NCBI GenBank assembly: GCA_965248265.1
Contig: CBDFJF010000002.1
Location: forward strand, 1,536,001-1,600,000
Length of the DNA stretch: 64,000 nt
Reading direction: 5' to 3'
Origin: Candidatus Latescibacterota bacterium
GTDB lineage: Bacteria > Latescibacterota > UBA2968 > UBA8231
Within the stretch, counting starts at the first letter, position 1, and every line of letters starts with the position of its first letter. Position numbers and translations under genes: made by a program. The notes under the pieces were generated by a model. That model had not been told where the DNA came from, searched no databases, and saw only the letters and a list, made by a program, of their open reading frames with translations. Shown piece after piece: positions 52,416 to 62,510 of the stretch.

Positions 52416-52510
52416 AAAATCCTCCCGCGTATAGTTGATAGGTACAAAAATAAACCAGAGGCAGCCATGCCGCACAATCCGGACGCGGCTGAGTAAAGAA
52501 AGACGATCAG

Positions 52511-53428
52511 ATGACACCATTCCAGGAGAGACTTCGAGGCAGCATCCCCGCGATGATGACGGCGTTGAACGAAGACCTCACCGTCGATCGAGAGGCCATG
52601 AGCAAGACGGCACGCCGTCTGCTCGACAACGGTTCACGGGGGGTGGTCGTGCTCGGTACGACTGGTGAGTTCGCCGGGATCGATGACGACCAGCGTGAAT
52701 TCGCGATCCGCAGTGTCGTCGACGAAGTCGGCGGACAGGCCCCGGTGATTGTCGGCTGCGGCCAGCCAAACGTCCGCCGAACCCATGAGCAGGCCAGGGC
52801 CGCCGCTGACCTTGGCGCCGACGGCATTCTCGTCAACCCTCCCTTCTACTTTCCCATGACCCAGGATCAGGTCGTCTCCTTCTTCGGCGATCTGGTCGGT
52901 GCTTCACCCCTTCCCGTCATGCTCTACAACATCCCCTCGATGACGATGGTGTCAGTGGAGCCGTCCACCATACCGAAACTGCGGGACGTTGGTGTACAGG
53001 GTACCAAAGACAGTTCCGGAATCCCCGCCAACACCCTCGCCTACCTTGCTGCGCTCAGCTCCGGGTCGGACTTTCGCGTCGTTGTCGGCGGTGAGACCTT
53101 TTTTCTGCACCTGCTCGATGCTGGTGTCTGTGCCACCACCGGCCTGGTGCCCAACGTCGCGCCGCAATTGGCCGCACGCGTCCACGCAGCCTGGCACGAG
53201 GGAGACTACAAGGCCGGTTTCGCCGCCCAGCACCGAGCCAATGCTTTCGCTTCCGCTCTTCGCGGACTGCACGAATTCGTGCCGGCCGCCGGCAAGGCTG
53301 TGCTCAACCGGCTCGGTCTGATGGAGAAGTGGGTTGCGCCCCCCAAGACGCCCATGACCGATGAAGAAGCAGACCGCGCTTTCGAGACCGTGAAGTCATT
53401 CCTGCCTGAGTTCGATACAGAGTCATGA
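52511..53428 (+). CDS. DapA/NAL superfamily aldolase-like protein
   Basis: GTTGE, PPFYF, LYNIP, KDSSG. Confidence 0.92.
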   Translation: MTPFQERLRGSIPAMMTALNEDLTVDREAMSKTARRLLDNGSRGVVVLGTTGEFAGIDDDQREFAIRSVVDEVGGQAPVIVGCGQPNVRRTHEQARAAADLGADGILVNPPFYFPMTQDQVVSFFGDLVGASPLPVMLYNIPSMTMVSVEPSTIPKLRDVGVQGTKDSSGIPANTLAYLAALSSGSDFRVVVGGETFFLHLLDAGVCATTGLVPNVAPQLAARVHAAWHEGDYKAGFAAQHRANAFASALRGLHEFVPAAGKAVLNRLGLMEKWVAPPKTPMTDEEADRAFETVKSFLPEFDTES

Positions 53429-53449
53429 GGCGGAGTCCATCGAGCACTG

Positions 53450-54256
53450 TCAGCTATCGCCCTTGGCCTGCGTCGCTTCACGTTTCTTGGCCGCGTAGGT
53501 GTCGGTCTCGAGTTGCCAGTAAAAATCCCGGGCCTTCTCCAATGGTGGCTGACTCACCTTGAAGCCGAGTACGAAGGCGCGCCGGGGCTCCTCGGAGGTG
53601 TTGGGCGGCGTGTAGTGGCAGGTCCTGCTGTAGTGGAAGGTTGCTCCTCCAGCGGGCAGTGGGCAGGCAACGGCCGTCGATATATCGAAATGGCCATCGT
53701 CCATCTCCAGGCCGTGGATTTTGGGATTGTTGTCGATGTGGTGATGTGGCGCCACCTCGGCGCGGTGGGTTTGGGGGATGAAATGCATGCACCCGTTTTC
53801 AAGCGTGGCCGGTTGAAGGGGCATCCACACGCTCAGGGCCAGGTCGTTGCTGGCTGGGTCCCAGTAGGCGATATCCTGGTGCCACGGCGTGGCGACGCCG
53901 ATGCGGGCCGGCTTGAGGATGGCGTGAGCTCCCACGACTTCGCATCCCGGCCCCAGCAGCTGCGTGCTGATCGCTAAGGCATTGGCCTCGTACAGACTGT
54001 CCCTCAGGTCGTCGGCGTATTTTCGGGGTTCCAGGATTTGCGGCAGAGCGGGCTCGGTGCCCTCCTCGTCTGGACCGGCAAGGTCATACTCATGGCCCTC
54101 CTCGCGTCCGGCCCGGCGCGCGAAGATCTCGTCGTAAGCCAGGCGCATCCGCTCCACCTCTTCATCGGTGGTGATTCGTTCGACGGCCAGGTATCCCTGG
54201 TCGCGGAAGAGGTCGACTTGCTCCCTAGTAACGGTGATCATCGACTGCTGTCTCAT
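53450..54256 (-). CDS. PhyH family dioxygenase
   Basis: FRDQGYL, TPWHQD, ENGCMHFIP.TH, GGATFH...T.HY..PN.S..PRRA. Confidence 0.92.
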   Translation of the reverse strand: MRQQSMITVTREQVDLFRDQGYLAVERITTDEEVERMRLAYDEIFARRAGREEGHEYDLAGPDEEGTEPALPQILEPRKYADDLRDSLYEANALAISTQLLGPGCEVVGAHAILKPARIGVATPWHQDIAYWDPASNDLALSVWMPLQPATLENGCMHFIPQTHRAEVAPHHHIDNNPKIHGLEMDDGHFDISTAVACPLPAGGATFHYSRTCHYTPPNTSEEPRRAFVLGFKVSQPPLEKARDFYWQLETDTYAAKKREATQAKGDS

Positions 54257-54283
54257 AGTAGCTGACCTTTCAGAGAGGATACC

Positions 54284-55684
54284 TTATAGACGATAGGCGA
54301 ACACCTTCGCCTGAAACATCTTCACGCGAATAGCCACCATCTCGCCGGCGCTAGAGATATCGCTGTTCCCATCCCAGGTGACCACCTGGTCTTCTTCATC
54401 TCCCACCAGGCGATCGCACACGTCAAACGTGAAACCTGCTATGGGGTCTACATCCGGGCAGTTCTTTGATGGTATGGCCCGCATCAATTCCACGCTAATC
54501 CAGCCACCGGGTGCGCAGCGGTAGTTGAGGCGTAGTTCCTTTTCCCTGCGAAACACCGTGGCGATGGTGAATCTTCCTTCGCTCTCGGTTTCCATGCCGC
54601 ACAGCCGATGCGCTCGCCAGCGCGCCCACCTCTTCTCGTCCGGCACCATCTCCGGAAAAAGAGCCGGCTTGTAGGCTTCGTCGGACGTGTGGGTGGTCGA
54701 ACGAGCCAGATATTGCAAGGCCCAATAGCCTTCTGGAAGCACCACCGGAGGGGCGCACGGGTAGAGCTGGCCCTCGTCCCCGCTTCCGCGCTTGCCCAGG
54801 TTGAGGACGGCGCGACGCTCCGGGCGGGTCCACACCAGACCGTCGCGACTGAAGGCGAGCTGCAAGTCCACGTGATCGGTTACCATGTGGAAAACTGGGA
54901 GGATTATTACGTGAAGATCCTGCCGGCCCGGATAGGGGAAGTAGCAGGTCCCGTAGAACGATATGTCCAGGGGGTCCTGTGCATCGGGATGGAGCAGGAG
55001 CTTGGCCGCGGGCCAGTGGCGGAAGTCCTTGGTCCGTGCCAGCCCCACCGCGCGGCGCACCACCTCGGTCTCGGGTAGGCCGGTGCCCAGACCTTGAGGT
55101 TCTATGGGGGCGCATCCCTGGGGCTGCAGGAAGGCGAAGTAGGTCTTGCTGTGCGCGTCGAAACCTGGTGAAATGCCGCCGTTGACGGAGTAGTTAGCGA
55201 GGGGTTCCTCGATCTTGGTCCAGTTGATGCGGTCCGGAGAAGTCCGGCCCAGCATCTGACCCTTGAGAACCACCTTGCGACCGCTGTAGTCTGGTCCTTC
55301 GTACTGTTCAGCGCGCCAGCATTTGTCCGCTTCATCGTGGGGCACTTCCTCGCCTGTTTCGCGGTCGAGCCAGAATCCCTTGGCGTCCATGGCCTTGTAG
55401 CGTTCGGCGGGCGGTGCCGACGGATCTTCGAAGCCCTCGGGCTTCCATTCCTCTTCGGGTATCGAAATCGGCTCGCATCTCTGGGCCTCTTCCACCCGCA
55501 GATTCACCCCGATCGGCGCGTCAAACAGCTCGTACCTTCCGTCGCGGGTGACGCTGCGGTGGCCCGGGAAGATCTCCTGTACGTCCACAAGAGCCATCCA
55601 GGTGCCGGGATTGAACCGGGGGCGCACCCAGTCGCCGGGGAAGTAACTACCGCGTGCCAGAATATCCTCCATCTCACCAGCCAT
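54284..55684 (-). CDS. Beta-propeller glycoside hydrolase-like protein (divergent paralog, apparently lacking one blade segment)
   Basis: DPSAPPAERYK, DLQLAFSRDG..W.RP, LRLNY, GDE....VTW, MFQAKVFAY. Confidence 0.7.
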   Translation of the reverse strand: MAGEMEDILARGSYFPGDWVRPRFNPGTWMALVDVQEIFPGHRSVTRDGRYELFDAPIGVNLRVEEAQRCEPISIPEEEWKPEGFEDPSAPPAERYKAMDAKGFWLDRETGEEVPHDEADKCWRAEQYEGPDYSGRKVVLKGQMLGRTSPDRINWTKIEEPLANYSVNGGISPGFDAHSKTYFAFLQPQGCAPIEPQGLGTGLPETEVVRRAVGLARTKDFRHWPAAKLLLHPDAQDPLDISFYGTCYFPYPGRQDLHVIILPVFHMVTDHVDLQLAFSRDGLVWTRPERRAVLNLGKRGSGDEGQLYPCAPPVVLPEGYWALQYLARSTTHTSDEAYKPALFPEMVPDEKRWARWRAHRLCGMETESEGRFTIATVFRREKELRLNYRCAPGGWISVELMRAIPSKNCPDVDPIAGFTFDVCDRLVGDEEDQVVTWDGNSDISSAGEMVAIRVKMFQAKVFAYRL

Positions 55685-55697
55685 CTTTTGACTCCTT

Positions 55698-56546
55698 TCA
55701 CCACGCGGGTTTCGGGTTCAGCTCTCGTGTCCACTGGTCTATCACGTCGCCTTCTGCCGACACCGCTTCTCCGCGAATAGTCGAGTCTTCGAGCGCGAAG
55801 CGCACGTAGGTCTGCCTGTCGTCGAAGGCCTGGGTGTACTCACTCGGCTTCTCACCCATATCGTCGAAGAAGATGTCAGAGGCGCTGGTCATGATCTGCA
55901 ATATCGTCTTGTAGCGGACCCGCTCGTAGGCGTGAAGATGACCACATAGGTACAGATCGACGCCCTCGTCGAGCAGCATGGGAAGCAAGAGCCCGCTGGT
56001 ACCCCGCTCCTCGTCGCGCAGTATGGAGTGGTCCACCAACCAGGGCGCCACAATAATGGGATAGTGCCCGACAACTATTGTACACCGAGCCTGCCTTTTG
56101 GCCCGCAGATCGCGCTTCAGCCAGTGCGCCTGCGCGCCGTCCTTAAAACCACCGCGATGCCTGCCAGTAAGGACATCCAGATTGGCGATATGCACGCCGC
56201 GGATGGTCTTTGCGTGGTAGGTTGTCTTGCCCTGGCGGCCCACCTGTTTCAGATAGTTCCCAGAGGAAGGCGGTGATCCGGTCTGGTCGTGGTTGCCGAT
56301 GGTCGATATCACCGGGCACTGCCCCTGCAAAGGAGCCATGACGCGATGGTAGGCCGCCCACATGAGCTCGACCCTGTGGACTTCCTCGGGATCGTCGTTG
56401 ACTGCGCCGGCGACGTGGTCACCACCATGGATGACAAAATGTGGCTTTTCAGCCGCGACCCGCTCGATCAGCAGTCGTCGCCGTTCCTCGTGTTCGTCGA
56501 GATCTGGTTTCAACTGCAAATCACTGACGAAAATCCAACGGGTCAT
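55698..56546 (-). CDS. Calcineurin-like metallophosphoesterase
   Basis: SDLQ, GGD, GNHD, GHYP, GHLH.YER. Confidence 0.9.
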   Translation of the reverse strand: MTRWIFVSDLQLKPDLDEHEERRRLLIERVAAEKPHFVIHGGDHVAGAVNDDPEEVHRVELMWAAYHRVMAPLQGQCPVISTIGNHDQTGSPPSSGNYLKQVGRQGKTTYHAKTIRGVHIANLDVLTGRHRGGFKDGAQAHWLKRDLRAKRQARCTIVVGHYPIIVAPWLVDHSILRDEERGTSGLLLPMLLDEGVDLYLCGHLHAYERVRYKTILQIMTSASDIFFDDMGEKPSEYTQAFDDRQTYVRFALEDSTIRGEAVSAEGDVIDQWTRELNPKPAW

Positions 56547-58021
56547 TGGCCAGTCCGTGTGGGGTATGGACCGAAGTGTACGATTACCTCTACATCGACA
56601 ACGCTGATGTCACCGTAGAGATCCTCCGGTCTGCTGTGAAGGGTGACTTCGAGGGTGTTGCGTCCCCTTTGAGGCCGGATCTTCTCCAGCTCGATCTCTA
56701 TCCATTGCGACTCGTAGGGCGCGACCAGGCCACCATACGATCGGACCGCTGTCTCTCCTGCCAGCGAATTCCCGTTGAGCGCCATCGCCACATCATCCCC
56801 CGTCACCGTGTTGAAAAGGTTCACGCGTAGCAAAACGTGCCGTACCTGTTCCTCGTCAGCGGCGAGGTCATCAGATAGATAAAACGGGATCGTCGCCGAA
56901 CCGCCGACAGATATGTGCTGTGGAAGTGCCCTGTCGTAGCCAACGGCGGCGTTGGACTCGTCTCGCCACGGGAGGAAGTAGTGCTTGGACTTTCCGCTCG
57001 CAAGGTCCGGGTCGCCCAACTCGCTGAGCAGGGCGCGTTCCGCGTCGCCGAACGGCCACTTGAAGAACCAGGCGTACAGCCCGTCCACCCCCTTATCCAG
57101 GTGGTTGGAGGCGGCCGCACGCACCATTTCCGGCCGGGCATGCACGATGTGGTTGAAACGCCGGTCATCTTCGATGTGGTAGTACGGGTGCAGGAATCCA
57201 TAGACCGAGGTATCGGCTGCATGCGCCGCCTCGATCAACCACTCCATCGGCATGTCCCCGTCCAGGTAGCAGGGTTGATAGACCAGGGGCACGACGTAGT
57301 CGAGGAGGCCGTCCTCGAGCCAACGCCTCACGTCGAGGCCGGCATTCAGACACATCTCTTCGGTGGGAAGAACCCGCGCGCCGACAATTCCAGGTTTCCC
57401 CGATCGGCTCCGGACCATGTCCGTGACCCTGCCGATGAGCTCTGTCATGATCGCAAGACTCTGGCGGCCCTTGTCGACCTCGAAGTAAAAGTCCGAGAAG
57501 CAGAAGTCCAGCTCGACGCCGTCGGTGGGATAGTCGGTCACCAGCTCCTTGAGAACCGAGAAGTGGTGGTCACGAACTTCCTGGTGTGCGTGATCGGCTC
57601 CACCGCGCATCCGTACGCTCACCGACTGTTCCGGGACTGGAATCCGGTGTCTGTCCTCCAGGCCGGCGTATCCCGTTAACCTGAGGCTTGCTATGAAGTC
57701 GATGCCCTTGTCATGAGCCCGGTCGATGAGGACCCGGAGCGGATCGTGGCCCTGGTCGATGAGCGTCCTCAGATTTTTCCACGTGCGCCATTCAATGACT
57801 GACTCCATCCTTTCCCTGTCGTCTCCAAACATGATCCCGTGTTTTGACGGATAGAACAGGCCGTCGGTCCGCTCCACACCGTACACGAAGGTGTCGACCC
57901 CGGTGCCGGCGACCTCGTCAATAGCCCGCCACGCCTCCTGAAGTGTCATGGGCGGTTCGATGACAAACAGGTAGTAATGACGAGCGTCGTTGAAGTAGAG
58001 GGTACGCTTGGTTCGGGCCAT
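56543..58021 (-). CDS. GHL10/DUF187-like TIM-barrel glycoside hydrolase-like protein
   Basis: YFND, DPLRVLIDRAHDKGIDFIASLR, EVRD, YPTDGVELDF, GLDVRRWLEDGLLD. Confidence 0.75.
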   Translation of the reverse strand: MARTKRTLYFNDARHYYLFVIEPPMTLQEAWRAIDEVAGTGVDTFVYGVERTDGLFYPSKHGIMFGDDRERMESVIEWRTWKNLRTLIDQGHDPLRVLIDRAHDKGIDFIASLRLTGYAGLEDRHRIPVPEQSVSVRMRGGADHAHQEVRDHHFSVLKELVTDYPTDGVELDFCFSDFYFEVDKGRQSLAIMTELIGRVTDMVRSRSGKPGIVGARVLPTEEMCLNAGLDVRRWLEDGLLDYVVPLVYQPCYLDGDMPMEWLIEAAHAADTSVYGFLHPYYHIEDDRRFNHIVHARPEMVRAAASNHLDKGVDGLYAWFFKWPFGDAERALLSELGDPDLASGKSKHYFLPWRDESNAAVGYDRALPQHISVGGSATIPFYLSDDLAADEEQVRHVLLRVNLFNTVTGDDVAMALNGNSLAGETAVRSYGGLVAPYESQWIEIELEKIRPQRGRNTLEVTLHSRPEDLYGDISVVDVEVIVHFGPYPTRTGQ

Positions 58022-58184
58022 TCAGAACACTCCAGAACAGGGCTGTGGAGACACTGTACATCCGGGATGGTTAGCGCACAAGGCGAGCGGCTTCTGTCGA
58101 TATTGCAGGGTCAACCACACATAGGTACATTGGCGGTCCTCACTAACGGTTCAGATTGACGGACCAGATTACTACAGGCCGGAA

Positions 58185-59009
58185 ATGACCACTGCGTCGC
58201 AGCCCGACATCGATCAACTCGTCAACGAACTCCACATCAACGGCTTCGTGGTGTTCGAGGATCTCATACCCGTAGAAACCATTGACCGGATCTACGCCCG
58301 GTGCAAGCCGATGATGGATCGGATCGAGGCCTGGAATTCGACCGTGCTGAAGGGCGAGCGCTCGACAGGCCAGGGCCGTGTGACTCAGAAACAGCGGTTC
58401 AAGATCTACCCGCCCTTCGAAACGCCGTTCAGTGATCCTGTCATCACCGAGAACCCGCTGGTCCTGGAGCTACTCGAACGGGTCTGGGGCACCGAGGACA
58501 TCGAGCTCCATTCATACGCCTCAAACTGTCCGGCTCCGGGTACCGAATACCAGAACTGGCACCGCGATGGAATGTTGATCGCGCCCAACCTGGCCCTTCC
58601 TGTCTATCCATCCCTTGGGCTGAACTTCTCCCTCGTCGATACGAACGAAGACAACGCCAGTACCGAGATCATCCCCTGTACGCATCACTGCTCCATCGAA
58701 AGCCTGCACCACATCCCCGGCTCCGAAACGGCTCAGTCATTGAACGAGGTTATCGAGGCGGGGCGCTATCCGTCCAAGATGCGCCTGAACCTCAAGCGCG
58801 GCAGCGCCTGGATCGTCGACCCGCGAATCATTCACCGCGGCATGCCAAATCGCTCCGACCACACACGTATCATGCTGGGTGTCGGTTACACCCAGTCGTG
58901 GTTCGGAGGACGTGGCGACGACACGGTGCCGGAGCTGACGCAGGACCAGTTCGATCAACTGTCCGAGCGTGGCAAGCGCCTGCTGCGAAACTGCACGATC
59001 GTCGATTGA
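58185..59009 (+). CDS. PhyH family dioxygenase
   Basis: NGFVVFEDLI, QNWHRD, LVD...N.STEIIP.TH, D.R..HRG.PN.S...R. Confidence 0.9.
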   Translation: MTTASQPDIDQLVNELHINGFVVFEDLIPVETIDRIYARCKPMMDRIEAWNSTVLKGERSTGQGRVTQKQRFKIYPPFETPFSDPVITENPLVLELLERVWGTEDIELHSYASNCPAPGTEYQNWHRDGMLIAPNLALPVYPSLGLNFSLVDTNEDNASTEIIPCTHHCSIESLHHIPGSETAQSLNEVIEAGRYPSKMRLNLKRGSAWIVDPRIIHRGMPNRSDHTRIMLGVGYTQSWFGGRGDDTVPELTQDQFDQLSERGKRLLRNCTIVD

Positions 59010-59032
59010 GTCGGGTCGGGGAGAGTCTCTCC

Positions 59033-59770
59033 ATGAACAGCCATCAAGCGATCGCCCACCTCGACGAGCACGGATACGTCATACTCGAGGGTGCGCTGAC
59101 CCCGGATCAGGCCAATCAGCTGCGTGATCGCTCAGCCGAGCTCATCACGCAAGAGCGGGCAGCCAGTGGCGAGTACATCTATCTGGACGGCAAATCACAG
59201 CGGGTCTGGAATCTGGTCAACAAGGGGCGTATCTACGAGGAGATGATCCAGCATCCGAGGGTGCTGGAGTTACAGGAGTACCTGCTGGGTGACGATTGCA
59301 TACTGAGCAGTTTTACGGTCAATCTCATCGGGCCGGGGTCGGCGGGCGGGCGGTGGCATAGCGACTCGCCGCCGATTTGCACTTTTCCCGATCCGCTGCC
59401 GCCGAATGCTTTCTGCGCCAATACCATCTACGTGCTCGACGACTTTTCCCCCCAGAACGGAGCGACGTGGATGGTGCCTGGCAGCCACAGGCGCGACCAC
59501 AGGCCCGAGCCGCAGGGGGAGTACGACGACGGGATCCAACTTGCAGCGCACAAGGGTGACATCGTCGTCTTCAACGGCGGGACCTGGCACGCCAGCGGCG
59601 CCAATCACACCTCAAGCGAGCGGATGATCCTGCTCGGCTTCTTCTGCCGCTCGTTCGCGAAGCCGCAACAAGACCTGTTCAGGCTGGCGCAGCCGGAACT
59701 CGTCGAACGGGCGACGCCGACGCTCAAGCGGTTGCTGGGGTTCGAGTCGCAGTCCGGACTAAGGACTTAG
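59033..59770 (+). CDS. PhyH family dioxygenase
   Basis: Start ATG 59033. RVWNL, WHSD, DDF..NGAT..VPGSH, WHASGAN. Confidence 0.92.
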   Translation: MNSHQAIAHLDEHGYVILEGALTPDQANQLRDRSAELITQERAASGEYIYLDGKSQRVWNLVNKGRIYEEMIQHPRVLELQEYLLGDDCILSSFTVNLIGPGSAGGRWHSDSPPICTFPDPLPPNAFCANTIYVLDDFSPQNGATWMVPGSHRRDHRPEPQGEYDDGIQLAAHKGDIVVFNGGTWHASGANHTSSERMILLGFFCRSFAKPQQDLFRLAQPELVERATPTLKRLLGFESQSGLRT

Positions 59771-59786
59771 GAAACGGATCCTGAGT

Positions 59787-60578
59787 TCACGCCCACTCTT
59801 CGCAACCCCGAAACGACATGTGCTCGCCGGCGACGTATCGCGGCTGCTCCTTGTAGTCATTCACACCCGGCACCGGCTCTCCTCGAAACAGGTAGGCACA
59901 GGGCCAATCGGTCGTGATGCGGGTGGTCGGCGGCATATAGATGATGGAGCCGCCGCGCCGCCACTGATCACTCGTGTTCTGGTTGGAGCTGTGCAGGGTT
60001 AGTGGATGATGAACGGAGATGTCTCCCGGGTTCAGCTCGATGTCGCAAGCCCGACTGTCATCGATGACTTCGGGCGCGGCTTCCGAACCGAGCAGGTTGC
60101 GCTTGTCCGGAGACGCCTGATGGGACAATGAGCCTTGCCGGTGCGACCCTGGAATGACCCGGACACATCCGTTTTCGCGCGTCGTCTTCGTGACCGCGAA
60201 CCAGACCACGATCACCTCCATCGGTTCGAGCGGCCAGTAGTGTGCGTCCTGATGCCAGCGAACCTCGAGACCCTTGCGCGGCGGCTTTGCAATGTAGTCG
60301 GCGGCGAAAAAGGCGACGTTGGGGCCCACGAAGGCCTCGGCCACATTCAATAGCCGCTCATCTGACAGAAAGCGAAGCCAGAAAGGGTCGGATGGAATCA
60401 ACCGATGGCCCAGACTTTCCGGCCGCAACTCAGGGTGCCGTTCGATCAACCAGTCGACGTGCCGGTCCAGTTCCTGAACGAAATCCGCATCCAGGACGTT
60501 GCGGACTACGACGGCTCCGTCGCGCTGATGCGCCTCCTGAATCCCACTCAAGTCTTCAAGACTGAACTCACTGATCAT
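59787..60578 (-). CDS. PhyH family dioxygenase
   Basis: Start ATG 60578. WHQD..YWPLEP, ENGCVRVIPGSH, HH...H.S..N.S...R. Confidence 0.92.
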   Translation of the reverse strand: MISEFSLEDLSGIQEAHQRDGAVVVRNVLDADFVQELDRHVDWLIERHPELRPESLGHRLIPSDPFWLRFLSDERLLNVAEAFVGPNVAFFAADYIAKPPRKGLEVRWHQDAHYWPLEPMEVIVVWFAVTKTTRENGCVRVIPGSHRQGSLSHQASPDKRNLLGSEAAPEVIDDSRACDIELNPGDISVHHPLTLHSSNQNTSDQWRRGGSIIYMPPTTRITTDWPCAYLFRGEPVPGVNDYKEQPRYVAGEHMSFRGCEEWA

Positions 60579-60773
60579 GGCTGCAGCTCCCTGCTTTTTT
60601 CGGACGGAACGCGTCTTCGAAATGGATACTACGTTGCAAGATTCCGGCGTGTCAAACTTCACGCTGTGGGCTCGCTGGCTCACGAATGACACTACGTCCT
60701 ATACTATTCGTTGACACGTATGACTCGACATGGATAGCGGTCGTTTCCCGCCGCTGAAGGAGGGCCAAAAAAA

Positions 60774-61601
60774 ATGAGATCTTCGGAATCTTCGCTTCAA
60801 GCCGATTTCCAGAAGGACGGTTTTTACATTTCGAAAGAGCCCGCTCTCGACACAGATCTGGTCAATCGAGCTCGTGCCGGCATGGACCTGCTGCGTGAGG
60901 GGGTGTACGACACTGGAACGCCGCATGCGGGAGGAAAATGGAAACCGGGGGATGATCCCAACAGCTTGTGCAAAATGGAAATCCCCCAGCTGGGCAACCT
61001 GGCTATAAGGGAGTTGATAACCTCTGCGGAAATCGGACGCCTGGCAGCGGCGGCCACCGGAGCGGCGATGATCCAGGTCTGGTGGGTGCAGCTGTTGTAC
61101 AAGCCACCCACACCCGACGACGAGCAGGCTCCGAACCGGGTGGGCTGGCACCAGGATTGGAACTACTGGAAGCCGAGTTGGGAAGATGGGAGCGAACTGT
61201 TTACCGCATGGGTAGCGCTGTCCGATGTCGAGGTGGATTCAGGCCCCATGCGTTTCGTACGCAGCAGCCACAAGTGGGGACATGTCGACGGCAGCGACTT
61301 CTACAGTCAGGAGACAGGCCAGGGGGGAATCGAGCCACCGCAAGGAAGCGAGTGGGAGGAAGTACCAGCGCCGATGCCGGGGGGTGCCCTGAGTTTACAT
61401 GACAAGCTGACGTTTCATGGCAGCGACATCAACAGGTCCTCCCAACCGCGGCGCAGCCTCGCTGTGCATCTGCGCACCGAAAACAGCCACCCGCAAGGCA
61501 ACCCGAAAGAAGGGACATGCAGGTTCATGGACCAGGAGGAGATCTGCCCCGTGATCTACGGTGATCCGTCTCTGAGCGCTTTTTCCCCAGCGGACGCCTA
61601 G
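60774..61601 (+). CDS. PhyH family dioxygenase (close paralog of 44595-45374)
   Basis: GGAGG RBS. VGWHQD, SELFTAWVALSDV, SHKWG, HDKLTFHGS..N.S..PRRSLAVHLRTENS. Confidence 0.92.
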   Translation: MRSSESSLQADFQKDGFYISKEPALDTDLVNRARAGMDLLREGVYDTGTPHAGGKWKPGDDPNSLCKMEIPQLGNLAIRELITSAEIGRLAAAATGAAMIQVWWVQLLYKPPTPDDEQAPNRVGWHQDWNYWKPSWEDGSELFTAWVALSDVEVDSGPMRFVRSSHKWGHVDGSDFYSQETGQGGIEPPQGSEWEEVPAPMPGGALSLHDKLTFHGSDINRSSQPRRSLAVHLRTENSHPQGNPKEGTCRFMDQEEICPVIYGDPSLSAFSPADA

Positions 61602-61602
61602 T

Positions 61603-62429
61603 ATGAGCGCCAACGACATCACCGTTTTCACGAAACCGTGGGACGGGGAAGTGGGTCTGGAAGAGCTGGGCAAGAAGATGAAGGAGATCGGTGTCCAGGG
61701 TGTGGAACTGCCGGTGCGACCGGGGTACCAGGTCGAGCCTGAGAACATCGCCAAGGACCTGCCGAAGGCTGTCAGGATCCTTGGTGACCAGGGCATCAAG
61801 ATCGGCTCCGTCGCGGGTTCGGTCGACGAGCCTACGATCAACGCCATGGGGGAGTGCGACGTTAAGATCCTTCGTATCTGCGTGGGCATCGACATGAGCA
61901 TCGGCTACATGGCGACGGAGGAAAAGCTGCGGAAGGAGTGGGAATACTGATTCCGCAGCTCGACAAGGCGGGTGTGAACATCGGTGTCCAGAATCACTGC
62001 AACAACATGGTGGGAAGTGCCATCGGCATCATGCATCTAATTGAGAAATACGATCCGAAACACGTGAGCGCTGTCTATGATCCCGCACACTGCGGTCTCG
62101 ACGGCGAACCCGAACTGATGGGCCTTGACATTTGCTGGTCACACCTGAGCCTGGTCAATCTCAAGAGCGCTTACCGCCAACGCACCAACGGCTACGACGA
62201 ACCGGAGGCTGCTCACCTCGACATCTGGTCAACCTGCCGTCACGGGCTGTTCTCATGGCGCAACGTGGTGACAGAGATGAAGAAGCGCGGATACGATGCC
62301 GATATCTGTTTGCCGGCCGAATACACCGCCTTTGAGGACGGGAACCCGACCGGGATGCAGATGGGAGACACCTGCCTGGACTCTCTGAAAGTGGATATCT
62401 CGTACCTAAAGCAACTGATGGCCGAGTAA
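61603..62429 (+). pseudogene. Sugar phosphate isomerase/epimerase (xylose-isomerase-like TIM barrel), frameshifted near 61945
   Basis: N-half (VFTKPW, GVELPVRPGYQV) and C-half (VQNH, YDPAH, VNLK, AEY) are in different frames. One extra base in TGGGAATACTG would join them (e.g. WEILIPQ). Confidence 0.8.
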
Positions 62430-62510
62430 AGTCGAGCGCCCAATTCCAGGACTGAAACGAAGCAGTAGCCGCCGCTTCAGCAGACCTTCGCTCCACTTGG
62501 CAACGAATCA

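Noticed and set aside
52511-53428. Assigning the symbol dapA or nanA
   Set aside because: Superfamily motifs only; the context is catabolic and specificity cannot be read from the sequence.
61948-61950. TGA read-through in the isomerase gene
   Set aside because: The downstream half is in a different frame, so this is a frameshift and not recoding.
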